The notes: a model not told the origin generated them from the letters alone. 64,000 nucleotides of DNA from a virus (IMGVR_UViG_3300017913_001710:1219-65218); one strand, 5' to 3'. Shown: positions 49,211-58,409, counted from the stretch's first letter. Made by a program: numbers and translations.

Positions 49211-49421
49211 CTATTGCTCTTTGAAGATATAGGACTTGATCCATAGCCTCTTCTTTGGCATGCTCCAGCCACTCTATCAAAGATAAAGGATTTCCTGCTA
49301 ATGTGGTACCATACTTTTGTATACCCTTAGCGCTTCTTTCTTGGAAGAGGTCCACAACTTTCTTTACAGTTGGGTCGCCATCCTTCATAATCTCGTAATA
49401 CTTTGTTACACTATCGCTCAT
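49179..49421 (-). CDS. Small all-alpha protein, MazG/dNTP-pyrophosphatase-like
   Basis: ERS.KG.QKYGTTL...EWLEHAKEEAMDQVLYL (EExxD pattern). Confidence 0.5.
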   Translation of the reverse strand: MSDSVTKYYEIMKDGDPTVKKVVDLFQERSAKGIQKYGTTLAGNPLSLIEWLEHAKEEAMDQVLYLQRAIDELSKRQSSI

Positions 49422-49513
49422 TAATCAACCGATACCAAATTGTTTTTAATCCTTCTTCTACTACTCTACACACTATGTAAAACAGGAATCCTTGTATAAA
49501 TACTGCTGCCATA

Positions 49514-49735
49514 TTACTTGATCAGTTCTGGTTCTTCATTCGTCTTGGAAGAATCTGTCTTCATATCTTCCTTCAGTTGATCGAGGGCTGTCTGGTATCC
49601 AGACATCCGCTTCAAGGTCTCTAGCGTCCCAACCGAGAGGTCTTTCAGGTTTGCCATCTGTCCCAGCAGCGCCTGTACTAGACCCTCTAGATTCTTCACT
49701 TTGTTCCTCAGCTGTATTAGTTCGCTTTCTTTCAT
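49514..49735 (-). CDS. Small coiled-coil protein
   Basis: 73 aa with a heptad pattern. Confidence 0.5.
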   Translation of the reverse strand: MKESELIQLRNKVKNLEGLVQALLGQMANLKDLSVGTLETLKRMSGYQTALDQLKEDMKTDSSKTNEEPELIK

Positions 49736-49804
49736 TGTCCATAGAATTTAAATCGCAAAAACAACCGCCAACATCTAGCCAGCAGTCACATATTCTTTGT
49801 TGTT

Positions 49805-50956
49805 TCAAAATAGATGTGTGAATCGAGCTATCTGCCCGTTATCTTTAGAGTGTATAAATCCTTCAACTGCTTTCGGAGCATGCTGATAGCCATTCCTGTG
49901 GTGCCAAGAATCAGTTCCAGATGGAGATCGTAGGGCTTCAACAGTAACTCCAATATAATCTTTGGCGATCTTGTGATGAACGTGATGCATGTATACATAC
50001 CTATGTTTAGTCTGTGACCATTCTTCACGAGCCTCCTGCGCCATGAGAAGGGGGAGGTCAGCCTGCTTTGCTCCATCTCCATGAGTTGTTCCGATTAGTG
50101 AGTTACCATATTGGTAATATTTTCTGTGTGATATACTAACGTCAAACGTTACGTTCTCGCAGTTGCGATACCATGTCTTGATGGCATCAGCTAAGAAGAA
50201 ACCGTTTGAGTAGTCATGGTTGCTAGGGTTGTACATTATATGTACATCAGCAAGAAGCATAAGCTTGTCGATGATCTCAACATAAAGCTTCTTTGCAATC
50301 AGGAAGTTGTTGTACCACATTCCGTCTGTATCCTGTGGTGTTCCAGCGGTTGTTGTTCTTTTCGGAGTATCGATGTGGAGGATATCGTTTCCAACCACAA
50401 GCACGACTTTATCGATGTTAAATCCTGCTGACTTCTGTAGGATCCCATCAACCCCGTCTCGTACTCTTTGGACTGCGATTTGATTGTTGTACTCTTCACC
50501 TGTCTCGAAGCTTGATGCCAGCTTCCCAATATGTATATCAGCAGGATCAACAACAAGTAGGCAACCATCAGTATAGTTTTCTCGCTCAATCTTTTCATAG
50601 TTAAATGTATGATTCTTTACATCATGTATGTGATCACGTAGCATCTCATCAAATGTAGGACCATCGTTTGCACTAGGTCTAAACTGAATCGACCACGCCT
50701 TGTCTTTATTCCAAGCCATACCAACACTGTTGATGTTGATACCCCTGTCATCACAAGCCTGTGAAAGGGCTGGATGTTCTGTCTGTCGTTCTTTTGTCTT
50801 GTGTCTGTACCTGAGCAATTTTGCAGTTTGGTGCTCAGTTCTCACGTCATCTTGGATTCCGTGCTTCTCATGTAGGAAACTTGCGATCTTTGCGAAGCTT
50901 AGACCCTGCTTGTCTCGCAGATCTAGACCTTCTTCAATTAGGACTTCAATGTTCAT
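49805..50956 (-). CDS. Calcineurin-like metallophosphoesterase with N-terminal helical/HTH region
   Basis: ADIHIG, VGNDILH, PSNHD, THGD and HHVHH motifs. Confidence 0.85.
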   Translation of the reverse strand: MNIEVLIEEGLDLRDKQGLSFAKIASFLHEKHGIQDDVRTEHQTAKLLRYRHKTKERQTEHPALSQACDDRGININSVGMAWNKDKAWSIQFRPSANDGPTFDEMLRDHIHDVKNHTFNYEKIERENYTDGCLLVVDPADIHIGKLASSFETGEEYNNQIAVQRVRDGVDGILQKSAGFNIDKVVLVVGNDILHIDTPKRTTTAGTPQDTDGMWYNNFLIAKKLYVEIIDKLMLLADVHIMYNPSNHDYSNGFFLADAIKTWYRNCENVTFDVSISHRKYYQYGNSLIGTTHGDGAKQADLPLLMAQEAREEWSQTKHRYVYMHHVHHKIAKDYIGVTVEALRSPSGTDSWHHRNGYQHAPKAVEGFIHSKDNGQIARFTHLF

Positions 50957-51119
50957 GGTATTGGCTATATAGTTCGTTTACTTGGTTCTTTAATTTAACG
51001 AATGATTCCTCCACCTTTTCATCTGCATCGGGCAAAAGTAAATAAAGCTCAACTTCCTTTACTAATCTATGCAATCTTCTTACTACATGCTCTATGTACT
51101 TCTGCCTTGTCCCTTTCAT
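50946..51119 (-). CDS. Small hypothetical protein (57 aa, not in track)
   Basis: ATGA overlap with ORF 51116; MKGTRQKYIEHVVRRLHRLVKEVELY... Confidence 0.4.
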   Translation of the reverse strand: MKGTRQKYIEHVVRRLHRLVKEVELYLLLPDADEKVEESFVKLKNQVNELYSQYHEH

Positions 51120-51427
51120 TCATTCTTATCCTGATGCTTCAGGAAGGATTCACCCATACTTTTGTCGTACTTCTTTATCTCTCGATAAATCATACGTGAT
51201 TTCTTTCTTACTTCCGCCTTCTCTGATTTTGTTGCGTCTACTCCAAGCATCATGTAAAGATTAGCATCTAGCTCCAGCAGCAAACCTACCTTGCTTCTAT
51301 CCTTTCCCTTGTACTTCTCAACTTTTTTGAAGTACTTATCAAAGTTAAAGGTCGTGATGTCGTAATTCTTCGCCCCTCTTGATTGAACAAAAATCTTTTC
51401 AAACGTATTCATAGAACTCTTTTTCAT
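51116..51427 (-). CDS. Hypothetical protein
   Basis: LLELDANLYMMLGVDATKSEK...KSRMIYREIK. Confidence 0.55.
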   Translation of the reverse strand: MKKSSMNTFEKIFVQSRGAKNYDITTFNFDKYFKKVEKYKGKDRSKVGLLLELDANLYMMLGVDATKSEKAEVRKKSRMIYREIKKYDKSMGESFLKHQDKNE

Positions 51428-51464
51428 AAAATAACTTAAAATAATTGTGAATTACAAATAATTA

Positions 51465-51725
51465 TCAATCTTTTTCAACATATTTCTTATACTCATGCTC
51501 ATAGATCCTCCAGATTGTTGAAGCATAGTCGGTCTTAGGATATGTCTTTGGTGATTTAACCTTCTTAATTTTACCCTGCTCTACATACTCATAGATTATT
51601 CTGTACTCATCGCCATCAGGCTCTGGATAAACCTTACGGTAGTTGTTGATGCACCATACCATTGCCTTTCTCTCACTGTCGGTTGGTAGGTAGTTGTCTT
51701 GTGGTTTTTTCTTAGGTCTTCCCAT
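51465..51725 (-). CDS. Hypothetical protein
   Basis: 86 aa ORF in the operon. Confidence 0.5.
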   Translation of the reverse strand: MGRPKKKPQDNYLPTDSERKAMVWCINNYRKVYPEPDGDEYRIIYEYVEQGKIKKVKSPKTYPKTDYASTIWRIYEHEYKKYVEKD

Positions 51726-51735
51726 GTTTTTTTAA

Positions 51736-53526
51736 TTAGAATGGTAAGTCATCCACAACGAATGCTTCAGACGGTTGTTTTGTTTTCATATATTCTTCCT
51801 CCTTGTCAAAGATGAAGTGAGGGGGTGTGTCACCTGCGTAGTATCTTCCTGACGGAAGGTGATAGTTAAATATTTGCCTGCCCAAAAGTTCACCTTGAAA
51901 CTTCATCTTCACCTTCTGTGTGATGAACTCGACCTGATCTTTCTTTACATACAGACCACCATCATCACCGTCCTCAAAGTGTCTGTAGATTGTGAATCCA
52001 TCATGTGTCTGATTACGGAAATCAGCAGAACCTGAAACATCATACAGTGATGGCTTCACGTAACCACCACCCTCCATCTTCTGCATCTTGGTTGGGTGAG
52101 CCACTAGAAATATGATCACGTTATTCATCTGTGCAAACATTGTAAGCTGAGTAAGCACACGCTTGATCCTACTGATCTCTTTGTCTTTCATGTCATCATA
52201 CTCTAGCTTATTGAATGCATCAATAACAAAGATGTCTACACCGTAGATAAACATCTGCTCCTTGAACTTCTCAAGCAACCAGTTCCATGTAGGGAACCTG
52301 CCTTCTTCAGGTGATGTGAGGTATAGTCTTTCCTGTGCCCACTCCTTATATCTTTTAATCTCATCACGACTAATGCGTGGAAGTCCAGGGTTGTCCAAGA
52401 AGAAGTTCTTCCCGTAAAACTTCTCAATGAAAGTTGTCTGATGAAGCTCCATTGGATGGTGCTCAGGTGAAAAGAACGACGCCTTCATGTTGTAATCTCT
52501 CATCAGATTCATCACATACCACTCAACAAAGTTAGATTTACCGTGTGAAGGTATCCCTGTTGCTACGCAAAGGTGACCACGCATCACACTGAATATGTCA
52601 TTGAGTTCACCAAAACAGCTGTGCTTTGGGTAGTAGGTTTCGGGCATTCCATTCTCATGCAGGCTCATGATGCCGTCATAAAGATCTTCTACTGTAAACG
52701 TTCCACTGGCAGGATACTTCTTTGCGTTATTTAAAGAATCCTTTAATACGCTCTCCCCCTTTTCAAGATCTCCGTTCGCATCTTTATTAGTGAACAGAAC
52801 TCTCTCACATCTGTACCTACCAAGGCGTTGTGCTATCTTCTCAGACACAACCTCACCCTTATCGTCATTGTCCGTGCATATGTAGAACTTCTTTACATCC
52901 TGCAGATACTTCTCGCAGTTGATCCAGAAGTCATCGTTATCGTTCGCACCGTTGGGTATGCTGATTGTGTTCTTATAACCACACTGGACCATAGCGAGCA
53001 CATCAAACTCTCCCTCGACTATGTAAACCTCATCCTGTCCAACTGCTGCATTAATATTGTAGAAGATAGGTTTTGTCTGTGCTGTCTGCGTAAAGTGCTT
53101 GGCTGAAGATCTATACTTCTTGTTTACTAACACATCTCCCTCGAAGTAGTTGAACACGATGTTGTTCATCTTCTTTCCTGCCTGTGGTTGGAAGTACTCC
53201 TCTTCAGTTACATTCATATTCACAAGGGTACTTTGTCTTATGCCTCTTGATTCACACCACTTCACTAAATTATCAGACAGGTTGGTGTAGTTCTTCCAAG
53301 TCTGCTCTGGAAGCTTGTAGTCTATACTTATAACTTCTTCCTTGTTTCCACGTATAGATATAGACTCGCAGTGATGGCACTTCGCTACGCCCTTGTTTAT
53401 GTTTACACTTAAGCTACGATCTCTTTTGTTCTTTCGCTCAGGAGAACACGATGGGCAAACTACTTTTACCTGCCCAGTCGTTTTATTCTTAAGGTCTATT
53501 GAAGACCAATCAATTGTTCTGATCAT
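51736..53526 (-). CDS. Primase-helicase (T7 gp4/Twinkle-like)
   Basis: Zn finger CPSC...CHHC; TOPRIM IVEGEFD...CTDNDDKG...KDAN; Walker A GIPSHGKS; VIDAF; LVAHP; SGSADF. Start set at MIRTIDW (ATGA overlap). Confidence 0.9.
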   Translation of the reverse strand: MIRTIDWSSIDLKNKTTGQVKVVCPSCSPERKNKRDRSLSVNINKGVAKCHHCESISIRGNKEEVISIDYKLPEQTWKNYTNLSDNLVKWCESRGIRQSTLVNMNVTEEEYFQPQAGKKMNNIVFNYFEGDVLVNKKYRSSAKHFTQTAQTKPIFYNINAAVGQDEVYIVEGEFDVLAMVQCGYKNTISIPNGANDNDDFWINCEKYLQDVKKFYICTDNDDKGEVVSEKIAQRLGRYRCERVLFTNKDANGDLEKGESVLKDSLNNAKKYPASGTFTVEDLYDGIMSLHENGMPETYYPKHSCFGELNDIFSVMRGHLCVATGIPSHGKSNFVEWYVMNLMRDYNMKASFFSPEHHPMELHQTTFIEKFYGKNFFLDNPGLPRISRDEIKRYKEWAQERLYLTSPEEGRFPTWNWLLEKFKEQMFIYGVDIFVIDAFNKLEYDDMKDKEISRIKRVLTQLTMFAQMNNVIIFLVAHPTKMQKMEGGGYVKPSLYDVSGSADFRNQTHDGFTIYRHFEDGDDGGLYVKKDQVEFITQKVKMKFQGELLGRQIFNYHLPSGRYYAGDTPPHFIFDKEEEYMKTKQPSEAFVVDDLPF

Positions 53527-54218
53527 AAAAATTGCTTCGGTTGTCTTATTATACTTCTTCCCTTGAATCCTTTTCCAGTACGCTTCTTGTACCATCTAAG
53601 GAAATACTCCTTGTATTCTTTAGGACTTATAACAGTCTTGCCTGTCATCGTAGCGTGGGCAGTGAACTCTTGAATGTATCCTTGAAACTGCTCTTCACTG
53701 ATCTTCATGTTGTTCTTGATCGCATTGCACCACACCTCGTTGGCTAAAGAAAATTCTTTGGCACTCTCTATTATTACTATTGATTCTTCACTTATTACTT
53801 TATTTACTTCTTTAGTAGTGGTTGGCTCTTGGTTACCACTTGGTTGGATGTTGGTTGGATCTTGGTTAGTATACATCTCATTACTCTGGTAAGCGTCATA
53901 GTTTACAATAGTTACGAGAGTATATAGCTTGGTTGAATTTACCTTAACCTCTTCTGTCTTGACCAAGTTCTTAAGAGCTGTTCTTATGTTCTGTCGTGAA
54001 AGCTTTAGTTCTTTTGCAAGGTGATCATGTGAGGTAATCAGCTGCCCCCTTTCGATGGTTATGTCTTGCCAGTTTTTTGTTTTGTAGTTGGCTTTGATAA
54101 GTAGATGAATGAATAAACGGAACGTGTTAGGATTCGTATACCATCCCCACTCCTGTATCTTCCTGTTTAGTCGGATAAAAGTATTGATCATCTCCAAAGT
54201 AGTTTTTCTTAACGTCAT
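53523..54218 (-). CDS. Phage replication initiator (lambda O/replisome-organiser-like)
   Basis: FIRLNRKI.EWGWY...LFIHLL.KAN...ERGQLITS...LA.ELKLSRQNIRTAL wHTH; internal iterons. Confidence 0.8.
   Translation of the reverse strand: MTLRKTTLEMINTFIRLNRKIQEWGWYTNPNTFRLFIHLLIKANYKTKNWQDITIERGQLITSHDHLAKELKLSRQNIRTALKNLVKTEEVKVNSTKLYTLVTIVNYDAYQSNEMYTNQDPTNIQPSGNQEPTTTKEVNKVISEESIVIIESAKEFSLANEVWCNAIKNNMKISEEQFQGYIQEFTAHATMTGKTVISPKEYKEYFLRWYKKRTGKGFKGRSIIRQPKQFL
53819..53873. repeat. Five tandem 11-bp iterons, putative replication origin
   Basis: TGGTTGGCTCT TGGTTACCACT TGGTTGGATGT TGGTTGGATCT TGGTTAGTATA, next to an AT-rich stretch at 53770-53815. Confidence 0.7.
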
Positions 54219-54672
54219 CAGGCATGCTGTTTATTCTATCCTTAAGGTAGATCGCACGGTTGATTAGTTTTATGTTAAACGATTTCACTCTATCAATCTC
54301 CTGAGTCAAACTGGGTTTGCTCATGTTTCTTATGTAGGGTATTGCTCTCTTTATCTTTATGTCAATGTCGGTACACAAGTCGATGACTCTCTTGTCGTTC
54401 TCTAAGTACCCAGAGATTGTTTTAACCGCATGAAGCACGGTCGCATGATCCTTTTTCTTGCCGTCCTTTTCAACAAATATTGCGCCTATTGATGATAGGC
54501 TTAGAAGTGTATACTTTTTAAGGAAGTACATGGATATCTGTCTAGCCTCTACTAGATGACGCCTTCTGTTCTTGACGTTCTTTAGTGGATCCCTGCCAAC
54601 AACCCCACCTACGATTTCAATGATTGCTATAGGGTTTAGGTTCTTCTTTGTTTCCTTGTCTTTATCTATCAT
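54127..54672 (-). CDS. Stand-alone DnaA domain IV (DNA-binding) protein
   Basis: RRRHLVEARQISMYFLKKYTLLSLSSIG.IF....KDHATVLHAVKTI matches the DnaA C-terminal HTH pattern; no AAA+ domain. Confidence 0.75.
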   Translation of the reverse strand: MIDKDKETKKNLNPIAIIEIVGGVVGRDPLKNVKNRRRHLVEARQISMYFLKKYTLLSLSSIGAIFVEKDGKKKDHATVLHAVKTISGYLENDKRVIDLCTDIDIKIKRAIPYIRNMSKPSLTQEIDRVKSFNIKLINRAIYLKDRINSMPDDVKKNYFGDDQYFYPTKQEDTGVGMVYES

Positions 54673-54687
54673 ATTAAATTAAATTAA

Positions 54688-54727
54688 GACTACAGGGGAG
54701 GCTACCGTTCCTCCCCTTCTTGTAGTC
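54688..54727. terminator. Intergenic stem-loop after the SSB-like gene
   Basis: GACTACA/TGTAGTC and GGGGAGG/CCTCCCC stems; no clear U-tract. Confidence 0.45.
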
Positions 54728-54741
54728 AATACATACCAATC

Positions 54742-55107
54742 TTAGAACGGTAGATCATCGGCTACAACAGCGGTCTTGTTTGTTGTCTCAAACGCTTGCT
54801 GTGTTGATCCTGAAGGTGAATCCTGAAACTTGGACACCATAATCTTTCCTAGATCATAACGCATCTGCGTTGTCTTGTCATAAAAAGAAAGACTGATAGA
54901 GTTGTCATCCCACTGAGTTCCCTCAATGGCAAAACGTTTACCACCTGTGATCTTCTTGTCAGATTCAGATACAGTCTTGTACTGATCCTTGTCAGGCTCG
55001 GTAATGATTTTGCTTTTGATGTCATCAGCATAAGATGAAACTGTTTTGATTGCACGAGAAAATACCTCGTAGCTTAGTGATCCGTAAAATTTAGTTTTTA
55101 CTGCCAT
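54742..55107 (-). CDS. SSB-like protein, putative
   Basis: Acidic C-terminus ...ADDLPF; located with exonuclease and annealing genes. Confidence 0.5.
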   Translation of the reverse strand: MAVKTKFYGSLSYEVFSRAIKTVSSYADDIKSKIITEPDKDQYKTVSESDKKITGGKRFAIEGTQWDDNSISLSFYDKTTQMRYDLGKIMVSKFQDSPSGSTQQAFETTNKTAVVADDLPF

Positions 55108-55109
55108 AA

Positions 55110-55853
55110 TTAAATAATAGGGTTAATAATCCGTTCTCCAAGACCAACGGACAGGTCTGTTAAATACTCACGGCATATCTCTATGCGTTCGTACAACCGC
55201 TCGATATCCTCAGGGTTATACTCCACCTCAAACTTCTTGATGCGGAGTTCCTCAGGGATGTCAGCGTATTGAAGTCTTTCGTAAACCTCGGCTTCGAGGT
55301 CCATAGGAACTTCAATCATTCCAAGTTTCCATCCCAGTCTTCTTACCTCATCCTGAATGAGCTGTGTGGGAGTGTCGACAAGGCAGTACACTACGCTCGA
55401 TGTGTTTACATCTGTTAGCAACATGTAGCCCTGCATCTGCCAATAGTAATCCTTGTTTGGCAGGTGGTCTTCGTGCATTGGGAATGTTGTGAAATCCCAT
55501 GAAGACTTAATATCAATCAAGCATACTTTGTACTTGTCGCCAATCTTAGGTCTGTCAATTATATCAGGAGTACCGCAGATGTAATCATCCTCGAAAAACT
55601 CCATGTTCTTTTCAAAGCCTAGTCCTGTGACGTTGTTAAGCATCTTGATTGAATCATCCTCAACTTGTATTCCTTTGCTGAGGTACTTCGACTCTATCTC
55701 AGTTGTCTTTCCAAACAACACCTCCTTGTGTATCTCCTGAAGGTAACGCTTAGTAGTGGCGGATAGTAAGTCCTTCTTGTTTCGAGGATTTACCATCAGC
55801 TTGCCAAGCGCAGAGCATCTGAATCTATACTTAGAGAAGTCAGTCGTTTTCAT
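55110..55853 (-). CDS. YqaJ/lambda-exonuclease-like nuclease
   Basis: FRCSALG...KGIQVE...ICGTPD...DIKSSW...YYWQMQGYM; start at MKTTDF. Confidence 0.8.
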   Translation of the reverse strand: MKTTDFSKYRFRCSALGKLMVNPRNKKDLLSATTKRYLQEIHKEVLFGKTTEIESKYLSKGIQVEDDSIKMLNNVTGLGFEKNMEFFEDDYICGTPDIIDRPKIGDKYKVCLIDIKSSWDFTTFPMHEDHLPNKDYYWQMQGYMLLTDVNTSSVVYCLVDTPTQLIQDEVRRLGWKLGMIEVPMDLEAEVYERLQYADIPEELRIKKFEVEYNPEDIERLYERIEICREYLTDLSVGLGERIINPII

Positions 55854-56334
55854 ACTTCTTGAGAATGTGGTGAAGGGTTCCTTTACTACTGATCGCAAAG
55901 TGCTCCATCGTTTTCTTGTACGATTCGCACTCCTTGTAGTATTTATATATTGCTTCATGATCGTGCTTCTTGACAAAGCTACTAGCATGTATAGCATGAG
56001 CAAGCCTTTCAGCTGCTGGTCTGTCCATGATGTTTTCTCTCATAGTCCCAATGGCTATGTTGTCAACATGATTGTTGTCAGGGTTACCATCAAGATGTCG
56101 AACAACCATACCCTCTTGGTATATGCCTTCTCCAAATTTTTGGTACGCCTGTAGACGGTGGGCTGCAACGTTGATGTTCTCACCGTTTTCGTCACGCATC
56201 TTGAAACGTCTGTAGCCGTTTCCATGTGTGAACCCTACCTTCTCTTTCTTTAATCCTACCACATCACCCTCTTCGGTGATGCGGTATCCTTTGTCGTAGG
56301 CTTTTTGTTCAAACCTTCTGAATCTCTTTGACAT
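55840..56334 (-). CDS. HNH homing endonuclease
   Basis: AHRL...VVRHLDGNPDNNHVDNI...EN. Confidence 0.85.
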   Translation of the reverse strand: MSKRFRRFEQKAYDKGYRITEEGDVVGLKKEKVGFTHGNGYRRFKMRDENGENINVAAHRLQAYQKFGEGIYQEGMVVRHLDGNPDNNHVDNIAIGTMRENIMDRPAAERLAHAIHASSFVKKHDHEAIYKYYKECESYKKTMEHFAISSKGTLHHILKKYEND

Positions 56335-56337
56335 AAT

Positions 56338-56757
56338 TTAAGATTTTACTTTTTCTGTTACTTTATATAGTTTATCTGACTCTTCTTTAGAGAAGTCTGG
56401 TGATTCCTCCTCGGAATATGCGCCAGCCTGATAGAATCCTGTAAGTTTTAATACGGCTCTACTCATAGCACGCTTCTCAGCAATAGCTACGTGATACTGG
56501 TTCTTGCAGTTGGTCTTTCTATCTGCCTCACCGAATGTCTCGATGTAGTTGTCCCCAAGCGAAGCTTTAGCCATGACTACACAAAACTCTCTGTCTAGTG
56601 CTAGTACTTCGTAATTGATTACAACGTTTGATTGTGCTTGAATCTTATCGATTCCAGTTCTTCGGATGATTGTCCATCCTTGTGCATGTTTGAACATGTC
56701 TGTTGGCGTGAGGTTATACTCCTTGTACAACTTCACTAGTTGCGCTCTGTCGCTCAT
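56338..56757 (-). CDS. Rad52/Sak-like ssDNA annealing protein, putative
   Basis: ETFGEA......YHVAIAEKRAMSRAVLKL.G; adjacent to exonuclease and SSB-like genes. Confidence 0.55.
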   Translation of the reverse strand: MSDRAQLVKLYKEYNLTPTDMFKHAQGWTIIRRTGIDKIQAQSNVVINYEVLALDREFCVVMAKASLGDNYIETFGEADRKTNCKNQYHVAIAEKRAMSRAVLKLTGFYQAGAYSEEESPDFSKEESDKLYKVTEKVKS

Positions 56758-57127
56758 ACTCTTCTTTTATTTGATTTAAATTAATTACTCCTTTCTTTAA
56801 TAGCTTATCGATTCTCTTGTTGTAGCTGTCTATGGTCTGCTGTGCTTGCATAACCTTCTTGTCGTTTACCCTGTCCGAATAAACTGTAAGCTTTACTGAA
56901 TCAGAAAGTGCTTCGATTCCATTCTCATAAGCATACCATACTCCGTGTATAGGCACTATCTTGTATAAAGACGATACCGTGGTGTAGAGTTCAAGCTTAC
57001 CATCGAGGTCTTCTATCTTTAACCCCTTGTAAAAGTAAGTCTTGCTCCCATCCATCCACTTGTATGCAGTGTGGTGGTCTGGTATGGATCTCCAGATTAC
57101 CTTCAACATGTAATCTCTATCTTTCAT
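56714..57127 (-). CDS. Hypothetical protein
   Basis: 137 aa ORF in the operon. Confidence 0.5.
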   Translation of the reverse strand: MKDRDYMLKVIWRSIPDHHTAYKWMDGSKTYFYKGLKIEDLDGKLELYTTVSSLYKIVPIHGVWYAYENGIEALSDSVKLTVYSDRVNDKKVMQAQQTIDSYNKRIDKLLKKGVINLNQIKEEYERQSATSEVVQGV

Positions 57128-57429
57128 CCTAGTAGTCTTTGAATCTTAGCATAGTATCTCTCTCTTCTGACGAGGAGGAGCGCACGGTTTCGTGCTCTCC
57201 TACAGAAACCTTCATCAGATATCTCGTGCATTCCGTATCTTAAAGATAGGTTGATGATTGAAAATTTCAGGCTCGATATATCGTCCTCCACGTAGCGAAG
57301 ATGGGCTTTCCTCCTCGCCTTCTTGGACTGGTACGACCTCATAATCGACCTCAAGTTCATGTATACTTTTCTCATACTCTTCTTGTTTAACTCGCTCAAA
57401 CTCCTGCTCCATCCAATGCAACTCAACAC
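57124..57429 (-). CDS. Hypothetical basic protein (start uncertain)
   Basis: ATGA overlap with the downstream gene; overlaps ORF 57215-57490. Confidence 0.4.
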   Translation of the reverse strand: MLSCIGWSRSLSELNKKSMRKVYMNLRSIMRSYQSKKARRKAHLRYVEDDISSLKFSIINLSLRYGMHEISDEGFCRRARNRALLLVRRERYYAKIQRLLG

Positions 57430-57490
57430 GGTTGATGTTAGCGACGAAGTGTTCGTTTATGTCATCGAGTATTGTTTTTATGTAACTCAT
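57215..57490 (-). CDS. Hypothetical protein
   Basis: AT-rich leader and an acidic helical N-half; the C-half overlaps another ORF. Confidence 0.4.
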   Translation of the reverse strand: MSYIKTILDDINEHFVANINRVELHWMEQEFERVKQEEYEKSIHELEVDYEVVPVQEGEEESPSSLRGGRYIEPEIFNHQPIFKIRNARDI

Positions 57491-57658
57491 TTTATTGGAT
57501 TAATGTTAAGTGTTGCAAGGAACTCCTTGAACTTACTCCACCACACGTTGTGCATGTAGTGTAGGTTGTATTGACTTTGCGTCAATGCCTTGTATCGGGT
57601 AACACCGTCACTACCTGTATAGGCAATGACGTGTACCCCTGTCTTTAGCCTAGTTATC

Positions 57659-58114
57659 TTACGCACCTGCTAGAGTTTTGATTGCCTCAATCTTAGCACG
57701 TAGTCTTTCGACTATAGTCTCCTCCTCAGTCAGTTCGTCTTCTAACTGATAAAGAATCTGTGAACTCAGCTGTTGAACTACTTTTGGTGTAAACAAATCC
57801 AGTTCAATCATTGCAGTATTCCCGTTGGAATCAGTCACTCTGAGACCTGCTCCATCAACCTCGATTGTGCCCTTGCTAAAGTGTTGTTGACTTGACCTCG
57901 AACTGCTTATCATCTCTGGTTGTTGTGTTGGAACATACTTAAGTAGAGTGCCTTTCTTGTACGTTACGCCAAACTTGTCGTAATAAATCTTCTGTACATC
58001 GTCAGCATCATACCAACTGAGTGTTCTGAGGAAGTCCTTGCCTTGTTTGGTAAGCCTACCTCTTGATAGTTTTTGCTGAGGTTTCTCAGCTGTGAAATTA
58101 AATAAACCTGCCAT
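57659..58114 (-). CDS. Hypothetical protein
   Basis: 151 aa with a C-terminal coiled coil. Confidence 0.55.
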   Translation of the reverse strand: MAGLFNFTAEKPQQKLSRGRLTKQGKDFLRTLSWYDADDVQKIYYDKFGVTYKKGTLLKYVPTQQPEMISSSRSSQQHFSKGTIEVDGAGLRVTDSNGNTAMIELDLFTPKVVQQLSSQILYQLEDELTEEETIVERLRAKIEAIKTLAGA

Positions 58115-58245
58115 AGGATAACATGTATTAAGTTTTGCCTACTCTGTTCCAGCTTTTCGGCTTCCGCTGTAGAAGGTGAGGGTTCAGGGGGAGACCCTCG
58201 GTGTAGCATTACTAAATCTATTAACTATAATGAAAACCCCCCTGA

Positions 58246-58392
58246 TTATGTATTGTCTAGCTTGATTATTTCTGAATAAGGGCACGTGTCCGCTATCATT
58301 TGTGCGCTTTGCAAAGTCTTTGCTTTTACTTTTTTTTGCCCGAAGATGACGGACTTTTTAAGTATCACTAAATATTTGTATGGATGTCTCAT
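58246..58392 (-). CDS. Small basic protein (48 aa, not in track)
   Basis: Hand translation MRHPYKYLVILKKSVIFGQKKVKAKTLQSAQMIADTCPYSEIIKLDNT. Confidence 0.4.
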   Translation of the reverse strand: MRHPYKYLVILKKSVIFGQKKVKAKTLQSAQMIADTCPYSEIIKLDNT

Positions 58393-58409
58393 AGATTCGA
58401 ACTTTGAGG

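Noticed and set aside
49536-49808. Cys-rich ORF MKQQRICDCW...
   Set aside because: It overlaps ORF 49514-49735 by 200 nt, and its C-terminal part looks like off-frame sequence; left uncalled.
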